Below, piece after piece: positions 1 through 8,206 of a DNA stretch of 64,000 nt. The stretch comes from a virus (Duplodnaviria; Caudoviricetes). Under the pieces are notes generated by a model. It did no database searches and was not told where the DNA came from. It saw only the letters and a program-made list of their open reading frames with translations. Numbering within the stretch: the first letter of the stretch is position 1; the number at the start of each line of letters is the position of its first letter. Made by a program: the position numbers and the translations under genes. The stretch spans positions 22,768-86,767 of IMG/VR virus record IMGVR_UViG_2930369814_000001; one strand, 5' to 3'.

Positions 1-148
1 GCGAGGCGATGTGGCGGCCGATGATCCGGCCGATCTCCTCGCCAACCGCATCCGCGGCAGGCACCAGCTGCCGCTGCAGCCGGCGCGTGATGCCCTGAGC
101 GTTGGGCAGAACATCAACTTCGACGGAGCCGACAGAAATAGCAGGCAC
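1..148 (-). CDS. Tape measure protein, N-terminus (runs off window)
   Basis: AGGAGG RBS then GTG; reads MPAISVGSVEVDVLPNAQG...; directly follows the tail assembly chaperones. Confidence 0.75.
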   Translation of the reverse strand, partial: MPAISVGSVEVDVLPNAQGITRRLQRQLVPAADAVGEEIGRIIGRHIAS

Positions 149-169
149 CGGGAGCCTCCTCCCAGCGCC

Positions 170-625
170 CTACGCGGCGCCCCCTTGCAGCAGTTGCAGC
201 AGCCGGTCGGCGGACTTCTCCGTGAGCTGCGCCTTCTTCTTCCGCGGCCCGGCACCAGGCCGGCGCATCGGCTCAGGCGGATCTGGTCGTTTCGACTTCT
301 TGTCGGTGTTGAGGCAGATCAGCGTCCACTCCATGCGCCGGATGGCGTCCACGGCGGCGGCGAGGAGCTGTTCCTGCTGTGACCAGGGAGCCTTCTCCGG
401 TTCGCCCTTGTCCGCCTGGGCGGTGATCTGCTCGGGGGTGAGGCCGTTGCGGAGGGCGGTCATGGTGTGCGACTCGGGCGGCAGATGCTCGATGAACACC
501 CGCAGCCACCTCCACGACCGCTTGCCGGTGAGGACGTCGGCGATGTCGTAGTGCCGGTCGATGAGGTCGGCTTCTACCGCCTCCGGGTGGGCCTGCCAGA
601 TCGCGACCGTCCCCCGGACTTTCCC
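170..625 (-). CDS. Tail assembly chaperone, frameshifted C-terminal extension (gpGT-like; fusion spans 170..1008)
   Basis: The -1 frame after G GGA AAG reads GKVRGTVAIWQAHPEAVEADL...LRVFIEHLPPES. Confidence 0.8.
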   Translation of the reverse strand, partial: GKVRGTVAIWQAHPEAVEADLIDRHYDIADVLTGKRSWRWLRVFIEHLPPESHTMTALRNGLTPEQITAQADKGEPEKAPWSQQEQLLAAAVDAIRRMEWTLICLNTDKKSKRPDPPEPMRRPGAGPRKKKAQLTEKSADRLLQLLQGGAA

Positions 626-1008
626 AGCGGCTCTCCGGACTTGGCGCTGGCGTCCGCGACGAAGTCGAGCCACTCCTCCAGCATCGGGTCGACTTCGAGG
701 TAGTACTCGTAGTCGTCCGGGTGCAGCACCTTCTCCGCGAAGGTGTCGATCTGCCCGGCGTTCAGAGCGCGCTGCCAGGAGGTGCGCCACATCGATGGTG
801 GCACGACCAGAACCTCCTGGCCGCACAGTTCCGCGGTGACGTAGCCGTCGGCTTCGATCTCCTGCGCTTCGGCGGCCGACACCTCGACGTCGTCGACCTC
901 CGGCTCCACATCCGGCTCGACCGCCCGCCGGGTGGCGGGACGGGATGCGGCACGGGCCGCCGTGCGCGGCTTCCTGCTGGTGCTGGGGTTCTTGCTCGTG
1001 GTGGCCAC
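574..1008 (-). CDS. Tail assembly chaperone (gpG-like)
   Basis: 144 aa ORF between major tail and tape measure; slippery site near its end. Confidence 0.8.
   Translation of the reverse strand: MATTSKNPSTSRKPRTAARAASRPATRRAVEPDVEPEVDDVEVSAAEAQEIEADGYVTAELCGQEVLVVPPSMWRTSWQRALNAGQIDTFAEKVLHPDDYEYYLEVDPMLEEWLDFVADASAKSGEPLGKSGGRSRSGRPTRRR
619..625 (-). other. Programmed -1 frameshift slippery heptamer GGGAAAG
   Basis: In-frame G GGA AAG, same heptamer as lambda G/T; the -1 frame is open to 170. Confidence 0.85.
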
Positions 1009-1103
1009 GGCGCGGGCTCCTTCTTCTCACAGGGCGCGGGCATGGAAAGTGGTGAGGTGGGCGGGCCGGGCCCGCGCCGACGGTGATCGGCCCGCCCACC
1101 AGC

Positions 1104-1691
1104 TCAGGACCCGGTGTACGCCTCGGTCTCCGGCACCCGGTCGAAGTGGTACACGGTGAAGCCGGCCGAGTCCGGATAGCAGGTGATCGTCCACTCGTAG
1201 CCGGCGACCTCATCCTGCTTGTGCGTCACATCGGAACGCTCGGTGATCTCCGCCTCGGGGCAGTAGAAGCCCCGCTGGAAGTTGTCGCCGTCCAGGACGA
1301 CGAACCAGAACGCCCGCCGGTCCGGCGACGGCGACGCGGTCTCCGCGAACGAGGTGAGACCCGCCGTCGGCGTCAGATCGGCCGTGTCCAGCCGGTACTG
1401 CAGGGCCTGCACCGTCGTCCGCCCCGTCTCCCACACCGTCAGCCCGAACGTCCGCAGCGACGATGTGATCGCGGTCCTGATCGGCGCCGTCAGACCCCAC
1501 GGCGTGAACGACTCCGAGTCCTCCTCGAAGCCCTGCACCAGACCGTCGTCCGAGATCGCGCCCAGCGGCAGCCACGGAGCCAGCGGCTGGATCGCCGGAT
1601 CACCCGGCGACGTCGTACCCAGCGGAGCCGTCCAGCCGGCGCCGTTGGCGCCGACCTCCAGCAGATCCGCAGCGCGGGTGATGTTGACCAT
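1104..1691 (-). CDS. Major tail (tube) protein
   Basis: LGAISDDGL, FTPWG, EITERSDVTHKQDE..GYEWTITCYPD motifs; position. Confidence 0.85.
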   Translation of the reverse strand: MVNITRAADLLEVGANGAGWTAPLGTTSPGDPAIQPLAPWLPLGAISDDGLVQGFEEDSESFTPWGLTAPIRTAITSSLRTFGLTVWETGRTTVQALQYRLDTADLTPTAGLTSFAETASPSPDRRAFWFVVLDGDNFQRGFYCPEAEITERSDVTHKQDEVAGYEWTITCYPDSAGFTVYHFDRVPETEAYTGS

Positions 1692-1764
1692 GATGTCTCC
1701 AGACATGCGTGAAGCCCGCGCACGGGCGGGAACGGAAAGGGCCTGGCGCGGGCCGAACAGCCGG

Positions 1765-2157
1765 TCAGGAAACCGGGTGACAGAAGATCTCGAAGGTTCC
1801 GCCCACGCGACGCAGGGCGGTGTTCTCGTAGGGGCGTGCGGCGGGCAAGGTGACGACACCGGCGCGGCCGATGGTCAGGGTGCTGGTGGTCGAGCCTCGC
1901 AGGTCCCGCTCCGCCCAGGCCACGACCTCGCGGGCCAGGTCGAACGCCTGCTGTCGGGTGGCCGCGTACACGTCGATATCGACGAGCATCCGCGCCAGCC
2001 TGCTCGCGGCGAGCTCACCGGCCGGGACCTGCGTGATCTGGATCGTCGGCAGTTCCTCGAGCAGGTTGTTGTCCAGCTCGTCCCGGACCACCGCGTCCGG
2101 CCATCGGGCCTGAGCGCGCGGGATCAGTTCGCCCTCGATGTCGACGACGACGGTCAC
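1765..2157 (-). CDS. Tail terminator/completion protein
   Basis: VDIDVYAATRQQAFDLA motif; directly upstream of the tail tube gene. Confidence 0.7.
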   Translation of the reverse strand: MTVVVDIEGELIPRAQARWPDAVVRDELDNNLLEELPTIQITQVPAGELAASRLARMLVDIDVYAATRQQAFDLAREVVAWAERDLRGSTTSTLTIGRAGVVTLPAARPYENTALRRVGGTFEIFCHPVS

Positions 2158-2483
2158 TGGTTCCGCCCGCCGATCTGTGCGGCCCGCAGCAGCACGTGGT
2201 GGGCGGGCACCTTTTCGGTGCCGTACTCCACCCAGCGGGCGTAGTAGGCGGTGTTGCGGACGTAGCCGACAGCGCGGTCTCGGCGTCGGCCGCCGCGGCG
2301 AGTGCTGTCCGTCTCCCACGACTCCTTGTAGTGCCCTGGGTTGGGGCTGCGCTGATCGACTGGGGAGAGGGCGACGGCGACGCTCTTGATGACCTCGGCT
2401 CGGCGCCTCATCTCGGCTTCCATGCCGGGCATGCGCAGCATCTGCCCGATGCCCTTCCGCTTCGGCTTGAACCTGGCAGCCAC
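2154..2483 (-). CDS. HK97 gp10-like neck protein
   Basis: SPVD...GHYKESW...YARWVEYGT motif. Confidence 0.8.
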   Translation of the reverse strand: MAARFKPKRKGIGQMLRMPGMEAEMRRRAEVIKSVAVALSPVDQRSPNPGHYKESWETDSTRRGGRRRDRAVGYVRNTAYYARWVEYGTEKVPAHHVLLRAAQIGGRNQ

Positions 2484-2498
2484 GAGTACCTCCCTTGG

Positions 2499-2870
2499 TC
2501 AGCCGGTGACGCGGTCGGCGGCGAACTGGACGACACCGCGGGTGCCGGTGAACGGGCTACGCCCCCAGTCGCCGGGCTCGCCGGTTATGTCGCAGTCGAC
2601 GCCGCGGATGCGGGCCTTGTCCGTGGTGCGGAGCGGCATGCCGGGCTGGTCGGCGGGGGCGTACACGGTCCAGCCGACGATGACCGTGTCCCGCTGCTGC
2701 TGCTGTTCGCCGCCCACCTGCGGCGTCTCCGCCCTGGGGGCGACCACGCAGCCCGGGATGTCGAATGACTCGTCGGGTCCAGGCAGCGGCTGGCCGCGAG
2801 GGCCGCGGCCCGGCGACGGGCCGGTGCGGACGATCCGCACAGTCTCCCCGAAGGGGTACGGGGCGGGCAT
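2499..2870 (-). CDS. Head-to-tail stopper/head closure protein
   Basis: GETVRIVR..GCVVAP..TVYAP..ITGEPGDW; synteny. Confidence 0.7.
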   Translation of the reverse strand: MPAPYPFGETVRIVRTGPSPGRGPRGQPLPGPDESFDIPGCVVAPRAETPQVGGEQQQQRDTVIVGWTVYAPADQPGMPLRTTDKARIRGVDCDITGEPGDWGRSPFTGTRGVVQFAADRVTG

Positions 2871-3283
2871 CAGCTGTACCCCCAGCCCGGTTCGAACTCG
2901 TCAGCGAAGCCCAGGTCGTCGACAGGCCACGTCGGCGACGGATCCGCATCCGCCGGGGTCGGGTCGATCGTGAACGCCCCACCGCGGCCAGCCAGCGACT
3001 TCAACGCCGACTTGTCGGCCTTCGTCAGATACAGGCCGCCAGAACCCTGGGGTCGCTGCACCGACATCGGGCCGATCGTCTCGTAAGACACCTGCTGCGG
3101 GTTGACATAGGCGCGGCCTGCCACCGACAGGACGACCGCCTCAGCACCCTCAGGGAGAGGCTTCACGATCGTCTGGCAGAGAGCAATCGCCGACGTGATC
3201 AGCAGGTCAGCACGTGCACCGTCGATCTCGCCCAGCCCCAAATACAGGCTGAGCTGCTCGGCGGTTGGAGGGACGAATGCCAT
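2870..3283 (-). CDS. Head-tail adaptor (Gp19/Gp15/Gp42-like)
   Basis: RAYVNPQQVSYETIGP...GGLYLTKAD; RBS before ATG at 3283. Confidence 0.75.
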   Translation of the reverse strand: MAFVPPTAEQLSLYLGLGEIDGARADLLITSAIALCQTIVKPLPEGAEAVVLSVAGRAYVNPQQVSYETIGPMSVQRPQGSGGLYLTKADKSALKSLAGRGGAFTIDPTPADADPSPTWPVDDLGFADEFEPGWGYS

Positions 3284-3293
3284 GACGCCCTCC

Positions 3294-4322
3294 TCAGGCC
3301 AGAGACTCCACAGCCGCACACCACGCCGCCAGATCAGCGGCCGGATCCAGCTCCGCAGACCGAGCCTTCGCCCGCTTCGACGCCAGCCGGTACTCGGCAG
3401 CCGACAGCAGCCTCCGCAGGACCGCCTCGTAGCCGTCCACATCGTTGCGGTCGACAAAGACCCCGGCCTCACCGAGCGACTCGCATAGGCCCGGCGTCGG
3501 GTGAGCCAGGACGGGGATACCGCTGGCGAGCGCCTCCACCCCGGCCCGGCCCCACGACTCGTAGGACGACGGCATCAGCAGCACCCGAGTCCGGGCATAC
3601 ACCCGCTGCCGCATGTCCTCGCCGCGGACGTGGTCGACGATCTCCACATTGGGCAGGTCGGGCAGGATCTGTTGCCCGTAGGCGCCCCTCACTGCGATGA
3701 ACTGCTGGTCCGGCATTCGGCGGGCCAGCGCGTCGAGCACCTTGCCGCCCTTCTCCGGGTTGCAGTTGATCAGCGTGACGGCCTTGCCGGGCTTCGTCGC
3801 GTACTCGTCGGCGAACACCGGAGGCCGCACGATCAGCGACTCGGTGGGCCGGATGGCCTTCGGGTACTCGGCGAAGAACAGCTCCGCCTCCCGCTCCATC
3901 CACTGGCTGTTGTAGACCGCCAGCGTGGTCCCGCCTGCCGCAGCGTCCCGGAACGTCGGCCGGTGCGTGTTGTGGCACACCACGACCAGCGGCTTGCCGT
4001 AGCCCCGGGCCAGGGACGCCGTCGACGACACCGTCTCCAGATGCGCCAGCAGCACATCCGCGCGGCGCACCGCCGACGGAAAGTCCAGGCGGGACTCCAG
4101 CGGCACCACCTTGATGCCGCGGTACTCGTACTCCTCGTGGGCCTTGCCGTAGCGGGACAGCCACACCTGCACGTCGTGGCCACGCTCCACCAGCGGCCGA
4201 AGCATGCTGGCGAGCATGTGCTCGGCACCCGCATTGTGCTCCGGCGGAAACGCATGGAAGCGGGCCACCACCCGCAGCGGCTTGGCGGTCCCGCCCGGCG
4301 CGGAAGCCGGGACCGCCCCCAT
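3294..4322 (-). CDS. Glycosyltransferase, GT4/GT-B fold
   Basis: HNAGAE N-terminal motif, PEKGG, LMPSSYESWGRAGVEALASGIPV signature. Confidence 0.9.
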   Translation of the reverse strand: MGAVPASAPGGTAKPLRVVARFHAFPPEHNAGAEHMLASMLRPLVERGHDVQVWLSRYGKAHEEYEYRGIKVVPLESRLDFPSAVRRADVLLAHLETVSSTASLARGYGKPLVVVCHNTHRPTFRDAAAGGTTLAVYNSQWMEREAELFFAEYPKAIRPTESLIVRPPVFADEYATKPGKAVTLINCNPEKGGKVLDALARRMPDQQFIAVRGAYGQQILPDLPNVEIVDHVRGEDMRQRVYARTRVLLMPSSYESWGRAGVEALASGIPVLAHPTPGLCESLGEAGVFVDRNDVDGYEAVLRRLLSAAEYRLASKRAKARSAELDPAADLAAWCAAVESLA

Positions 4323-5275
4323 CAGGAACCGCTCGCAGAGCCCTGGAACTTGACGAACGCGTCGACGTCGCCCATGACGAAGCCGTAGTACGCCTCCGCC
4401 AGCAGCAGCACCAGGTTCTCCTGGAACGCCGAGTGCACGCCGCCGTCCTCGTCAACGTAGGTGGCCTGGTCGGAGACACGGACCGTGATGTCCATGCCCA
4501 CGCCGTAAGCCGCCTGCGACCAGTCGCCGCCGATCGCCCGCAGGCCCGTGTCCGTCGACGCGGACTGGCGGCGCTGCTTGCCCGACACGCTGCGGGAGTA
4601 GGCGAGCGGCTCGCCGATCAGCGTGCCGGCCGCCGCCATGTCCGTGCCCGGCGTCTGCGTGTCCACCAGGATCGGACGGCCCGTGGTGTCGGTGGCCAGG
4701 AGCAGCTTCGGCTTCAGCCGGTGGTCGGCGACGGTGCCGGTGTAGTCCCAGTCGCCGTCGATAACCTGCTCCATGCCGGTGACCAGGTCGGCCCAGATGC
4801 CGCCCTGGGCCTGCGTCGCGTCGCCCAGCGTCACCGCGTTGGTGGTGGCCGCCAGGTACTCGGAGAAGGGACCAGTGGCGCCCTTCATCGTCTTGCCGTG
4901 GATCGCCGCGTGGTCGAAGGCCCGGGCGAACGCGGTCGGCAGATCCTTCTGCAGCTGCTGGTAGAGGCCCGCCGTGTTCGTCCGGGCGACCTCCATCGCC
5001 ACCGGGATGAGCACGGCCAGCTTCTTCGCCTGCATCTGCTTGACGTCGACGCCACCGGTCGACAGGGGCTTCTTCGCCGCCTGCCCGACCCAGTCGGCGG
5101 TCGGCACGTCCATCGGGATCGGCACCGACGTGGTCGCGTCCAGCGACAGCGGCGCCCGCCGGGCGAGCGCCATGACCGCAGACGCCTCGACCGACTTCTC
5201 GAAGATCGGGGCGGTGATGGTCCGCGGCAGAAGTTCACCGGGGACGCTGCTGGTGGTGATGGGGGCCGTAGCCAT
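4322..5275 (-). CDS. Major capsid protein (HK97 fold)
   Basis: ADWVGQ, KKLAVLIPVA, FARAFDHAAIHG, IGGDWS, SAFQENLVLLLAE. Confidence 0.92.
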   Translation of the reverse strand: MATAPITTSSVPGELLPRTITAPIFEKSVEASAVMALARRAPLSLDATTSVPIPMDVPTADWVGQAAKKPLSTGGVDVKQMQAKKLAVLIPVAMEVARTNTAGLYQQLQKDLPTAFARAFDHAAIHGKTMKGATGPFSEYLAATTNAVTLGDATQAQGGIWADLVTGMEQVIDGDWDYTGTVADHRLKPKLLLATDTTGRPILVDTQTPGTDMAAAGTLIGEPLAYSRSVSGKQRRQSASTDTGLRAIGGDWSQAAYGVGMDITVRVSDQATYVDEDGGVHSAFQENLVLLLAEAYYGFVMGDVDAFVKFQGSASGS

Positions 5276-5286
5276 GATGTCCTCTT

Positions 5287-5931
5287 TCAGCGGCCAGGAA
5301 GCCGCGAACTCAGCCACCCGGCGAACTCATCCGCCGGGTTGGGGGCCTGCTTCTTGTTGGCACCGGATGCCTGTGTGCGGTCCGGTGCGGGACGCCGCGG
5401 GCCCTCCTGGGGCTGGGTCTTCGCCCAGTGCGGCTTGCGCTCGAGGAGCGCGTCGAGGTCCGCCTTGATGGCCGCCTCGTCGATGTCGCCGTCAGAGTCG
5501 ATGTACGAGTCGAGATCCAGCGCGCCAACCGCGTCCTCCGGGTCCGCGAACCCGGGCATGGCCAGCGCCTGAACCTGGGAGCGGACCAGCTTCTGACGCG
5601 TCTTCGCGATCTGATCCCGCGCACGCTGCAGCTGGTCGTTGAGCCGCTCGGACTCCGACTTCTCGGCGTCCTTGATGCGCTGCAGCTCCTCGGCCGCCGG
5701 CTCCAGCTCCTTCAGGCGCTTGCGGAGGTTCGCGGCCTCGCTGTTCTTCTTCCGCAGCTCGGCCTCGAACTTCTTCCGGTCGAACGGCTCCTCGCGGCTG
5801 CCGGTGTCCGCCTCCGGGGCGGTCTCCTGCTGCTCGGTACCGTCCGTCGCATCGGTGGCCGTCGCGTCGACGGTCTCCTCGGCGCCGGAGTCGGTCTGCT
5901 GCTCGCTGGTCTGCTCGGTCTCTTCGGGCAT
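5287..5931 (-). CDS. Capsid scaffolding protein
   Basis: Acidic N-terminus, coiled coil, GFADPEDA and LLERKPHWA; upstream of the capsid gene. Confidence 0.8.
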   Translation of the reverse strand: MPEETEQTSEQQTDSGAEETVDATATDATDGTEQQETAPEADTGSREEPFDRKKFEAELRKKNSEAANLRKRLKELEPAAEELQRIKDAEKSESERLNDQLQRARDQIAKTRQKLVRSQVQALAMPGFADPEDAVGALDLDSYIDSDGDIDEAAIKADLDALLERKPHWAKTQPQEGPRRPAPDRTQASGANKKQAPNPADEFAGWLSSRLPGR

Positions 5932-5991
5932 GACGAATCGGCCCTCCAGGGGCTGGTGAAAAGGGAATGGCCGCCACCAGGGCGGCCAGGG

Positions 5992-6765
5992 TCAGAACGC
6001 TCCAGGGAGCGGGTTCGGGTCGTGCTCGGCCAGCGCCCGCCGGAACCGGGCAAGCTGGCTGCCGGAATGGCCCGCGGCGTACTCCTGATACAACCGCGCC
6101 CACTCCGCCGCCTGCGGGGACAGTTCGAAGCGCTGCCCCCGGAAAACGGGAGTTGCCGCACAGTGGCAGCCGTCGTGGGCTCGGAAGCCCACCGTGTCCC
6201 GCTTAAACACAGCCCCGCGCGCTGCGAGCAAACGACAAAAGGCGCATGCACCGAGCGCCGCCGTTCGCGCCCACGCTGTCGCCTGCGGGTCCTGCCGCAC
6301 CGCTTCCAAGACGGTGCTACGGCCAGTGTCTGCGACCAGCTTCTGGGCGACAGCCTCAGCCTTCTTCGCCGCCTGCTCCAGGCGGACGTCGAGAGGTTGA
6401 GACTGGGCTTCGGTGGCCACGTCGGGTTCGCGTTCCCACACGTCCTTGGTCGCCCACCGCAGGCTGGCTTCGGTCTTCCCCTCTGGAGGCGGGTCGGTAA
6501 CCGATGCAGTGAACACGCCGGGTACACCGGCCGCGTCCCGCTGAGCGTCGTAGAACTCGGCACCCAGCGCGGCGGAGGCGAAGGAGTACTGATCGATGAC
6601 TGCCTGCATGGCCGCCAGCCAATCCGGCATCGACTGCCGCAGCCGCGAAGGCATGATCAGCCGTCGGAGTCCGCGGATGTCGCGCACCAGCAGTCGAGTC
6701 AAGCCGATCTGGGCCGAGCGGTACCGGCTGGCGTCGCGGCCCCCGTCAGAGACCGTCGTCGCCAC
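5992..6765 (-). CDS. Minor capsid/MuF-like head morphogenesis protein
   Basis: WAR...ACAFCRLLAARG and AHDGCHC motifs. Confidence 0.75.
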   Translation of the reverse strand: MATTVSDGGRDASRYRSAQIGLTRLLVRDIRGLRRLIMPSRLRQSMPDWLAAMQAVIDQYSFASAALGAEFYDAQRDAAGVPGVFTASVTDPPPEGKTEASLRWATKDVWEREPDVATEAQSQPLDVRLEQAAKKAEAVAQKLVADTGRSTVLEAVRQDPQATAWARTAALGACAFCRLLAARGAVFKRDTVGFRAHDGCHCAATPVFRGQRFELSPQAAEWARLYQEYAAGHSGSQLARFRRALAEHDPNPLPGAF

Positions 6766-8206
6766 CGGTCACCTCCACGGCGTCCGGCAGCCCATCCGGC
6801 CCGTTCACTGCGGCGAGACGGTCCAGAATCGACCGGCCGGCGGTAGCAGCGCTCGACCGGCGCCGGTCCGCAGCAATCCGCTGCCGTTGTGGCTCCGTGA
6901 ACCCGGCCATCTCCAGCGTGACGTCGGAGTCGGCGGGCAGCACCCCGGCCTGAACGAGTTTGACTGTGGCGTCCACCTGTGCGGCCACCGTCGGCGTTGC
7001 CGGGTTCCGCCACACCGTTTCGATCCGCCGAGCCTTGTCCGGCGGTTCGCCGTCGCGGATCCACAGGGCGAGCCGCATCGCCTGCTGCCACCCGGCACCG
7101 AACCGGCGGATGCGGCGTTCGGCCTTCTTCACCTGCCGGTTGTCGGCGAACCGGATCGCGTCTGCGGAGGCGGGGTTGTCGCTGCTGTAGCCGAGAACGT
7201 GCGGGGCGACCGACATCTGCGACGCCATGATCCGCGCATACAAGTCGATGATCTTCGTCATGCCGGACGGATCATGGGCCGGAAACTGGCCTACCGTCGG
7301 GATCTCCCCGTTCTCGTCCCGCTCCAGGCCCAGCATGCGGCCGATGTAGGTCTGCCAGGCGTCCAGGGCATTGCCTTCGGCGTCCTGAAACGCCGACTCC
7401 GACGCACCCAAGATGTAGCGCTGCGGGGCGCCGAAGAACTCGGCTGCCACCTCCATGCCCATCAGCCGTCGGCACGCCGCATCCGTGATCGACATGACCT
7501 CAGGCGTGATCTCCGACTTGCCGACCCGGTCCGCGGTCCGCTGCCGGTTCGCCAACCGCACCACCGGCACGACACCGAGTTTGTGCTCGTCCCGGTCGAC
7601 GACCTCCCAGCCGCCGGACTCCGACGGCAGGCACATCACCGTCTGATCCGGCAGATACAGGACCAGCATCCGTTCCTCGGGCCCCGCCTCGATGAAGCTG
7701 TCAGCGGCGCACTCGCGGAGCGCCGCGGTGCCCATGCGCATGCGGGCATCCCACATCAGCGTCATGTCCAACGGCGACTCGGCGGTGATCAGCGGCGGGC
7801 AGTCGTCCGCGCCGCAGCCACCCGAACCGACCGCCAGGTACTCCCGGCCGTACACAAACGCGTCCAGGTGAGCGAGGCTCGACTCGTCGAACAGGTCGTT
7901 CGCCTCTGCGATCTCCGTCAACTCGCTGGAATCGGAACCGTCCGCCCACCGGAACGCCTCCAAATCCAGGCGCTCCTCCAGGCTTTCGACCCCGACCCGA
8001 GGCCAGCCGATCACCGTATGCAGGCCCTTGAGCTGCGGCGGAATCGAGATACCCAGGTCCCGGATCAACTGCTCGCCGTTGAAGTAGGCATCCCTCAACT
8101 GCAGCGCCCACCGGTCCCGCAGCAAGTCGGCCCGCAGCAGGTTGATCAGCGCATGCTCCTCGTCCGACAGATACACCAGCGGCAGCTCGGGGATGGAGAG
8201 GGTCAT
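6746..8206 (-). CDS. Portal protein (SPP1 gp6-like)
   Basis: GWPRVGVESLEERL, HKLGVVPVVRLAN, GKSEIT, AEFFGAPQRYILG, NPASADA. Confidence 0.92.
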   Translation of the reverse strand: MTLSIPELPLVYLSDEEHALINLLRADLLRDRWALQLRDAYFNGEQLIRDLGISIPPQLKGLHTVIGWPRVGVESLEERLDLEAFRWADGSDSSELTEIAEANDLFDESSLAHLDAFVYGREYLAVGSGGCGADDCPPLITAESPLDMTLMWDARMRMGTAALRECAADSFIEAGPEERMLVLYLPDQTVMCLPSESGGWEVVDRDEHKLGVVPVVRLANRQRTADRVGKSEITPEVMSITDAACRRLMGMEVAAEFFGAPQRYILGASESAFQDAEGNALDAWQTYIGRMLGLERDENGEIPTVGQFPAHDPSGMTKIIDLYARIMASQMSVAPHVLGYSSDNPASADAIRFADNRQVKKAERRIRRFGAGWQQAMRLALWIRDGEPPDKARRIETVWRNPATPTVAAQVDATVKLVQAGVLPADSDVTLEMAGFTEPQRQRIAADRRRSSAATAGRSILDRLAAVNGPDGLPDAVEVTGGDDGL

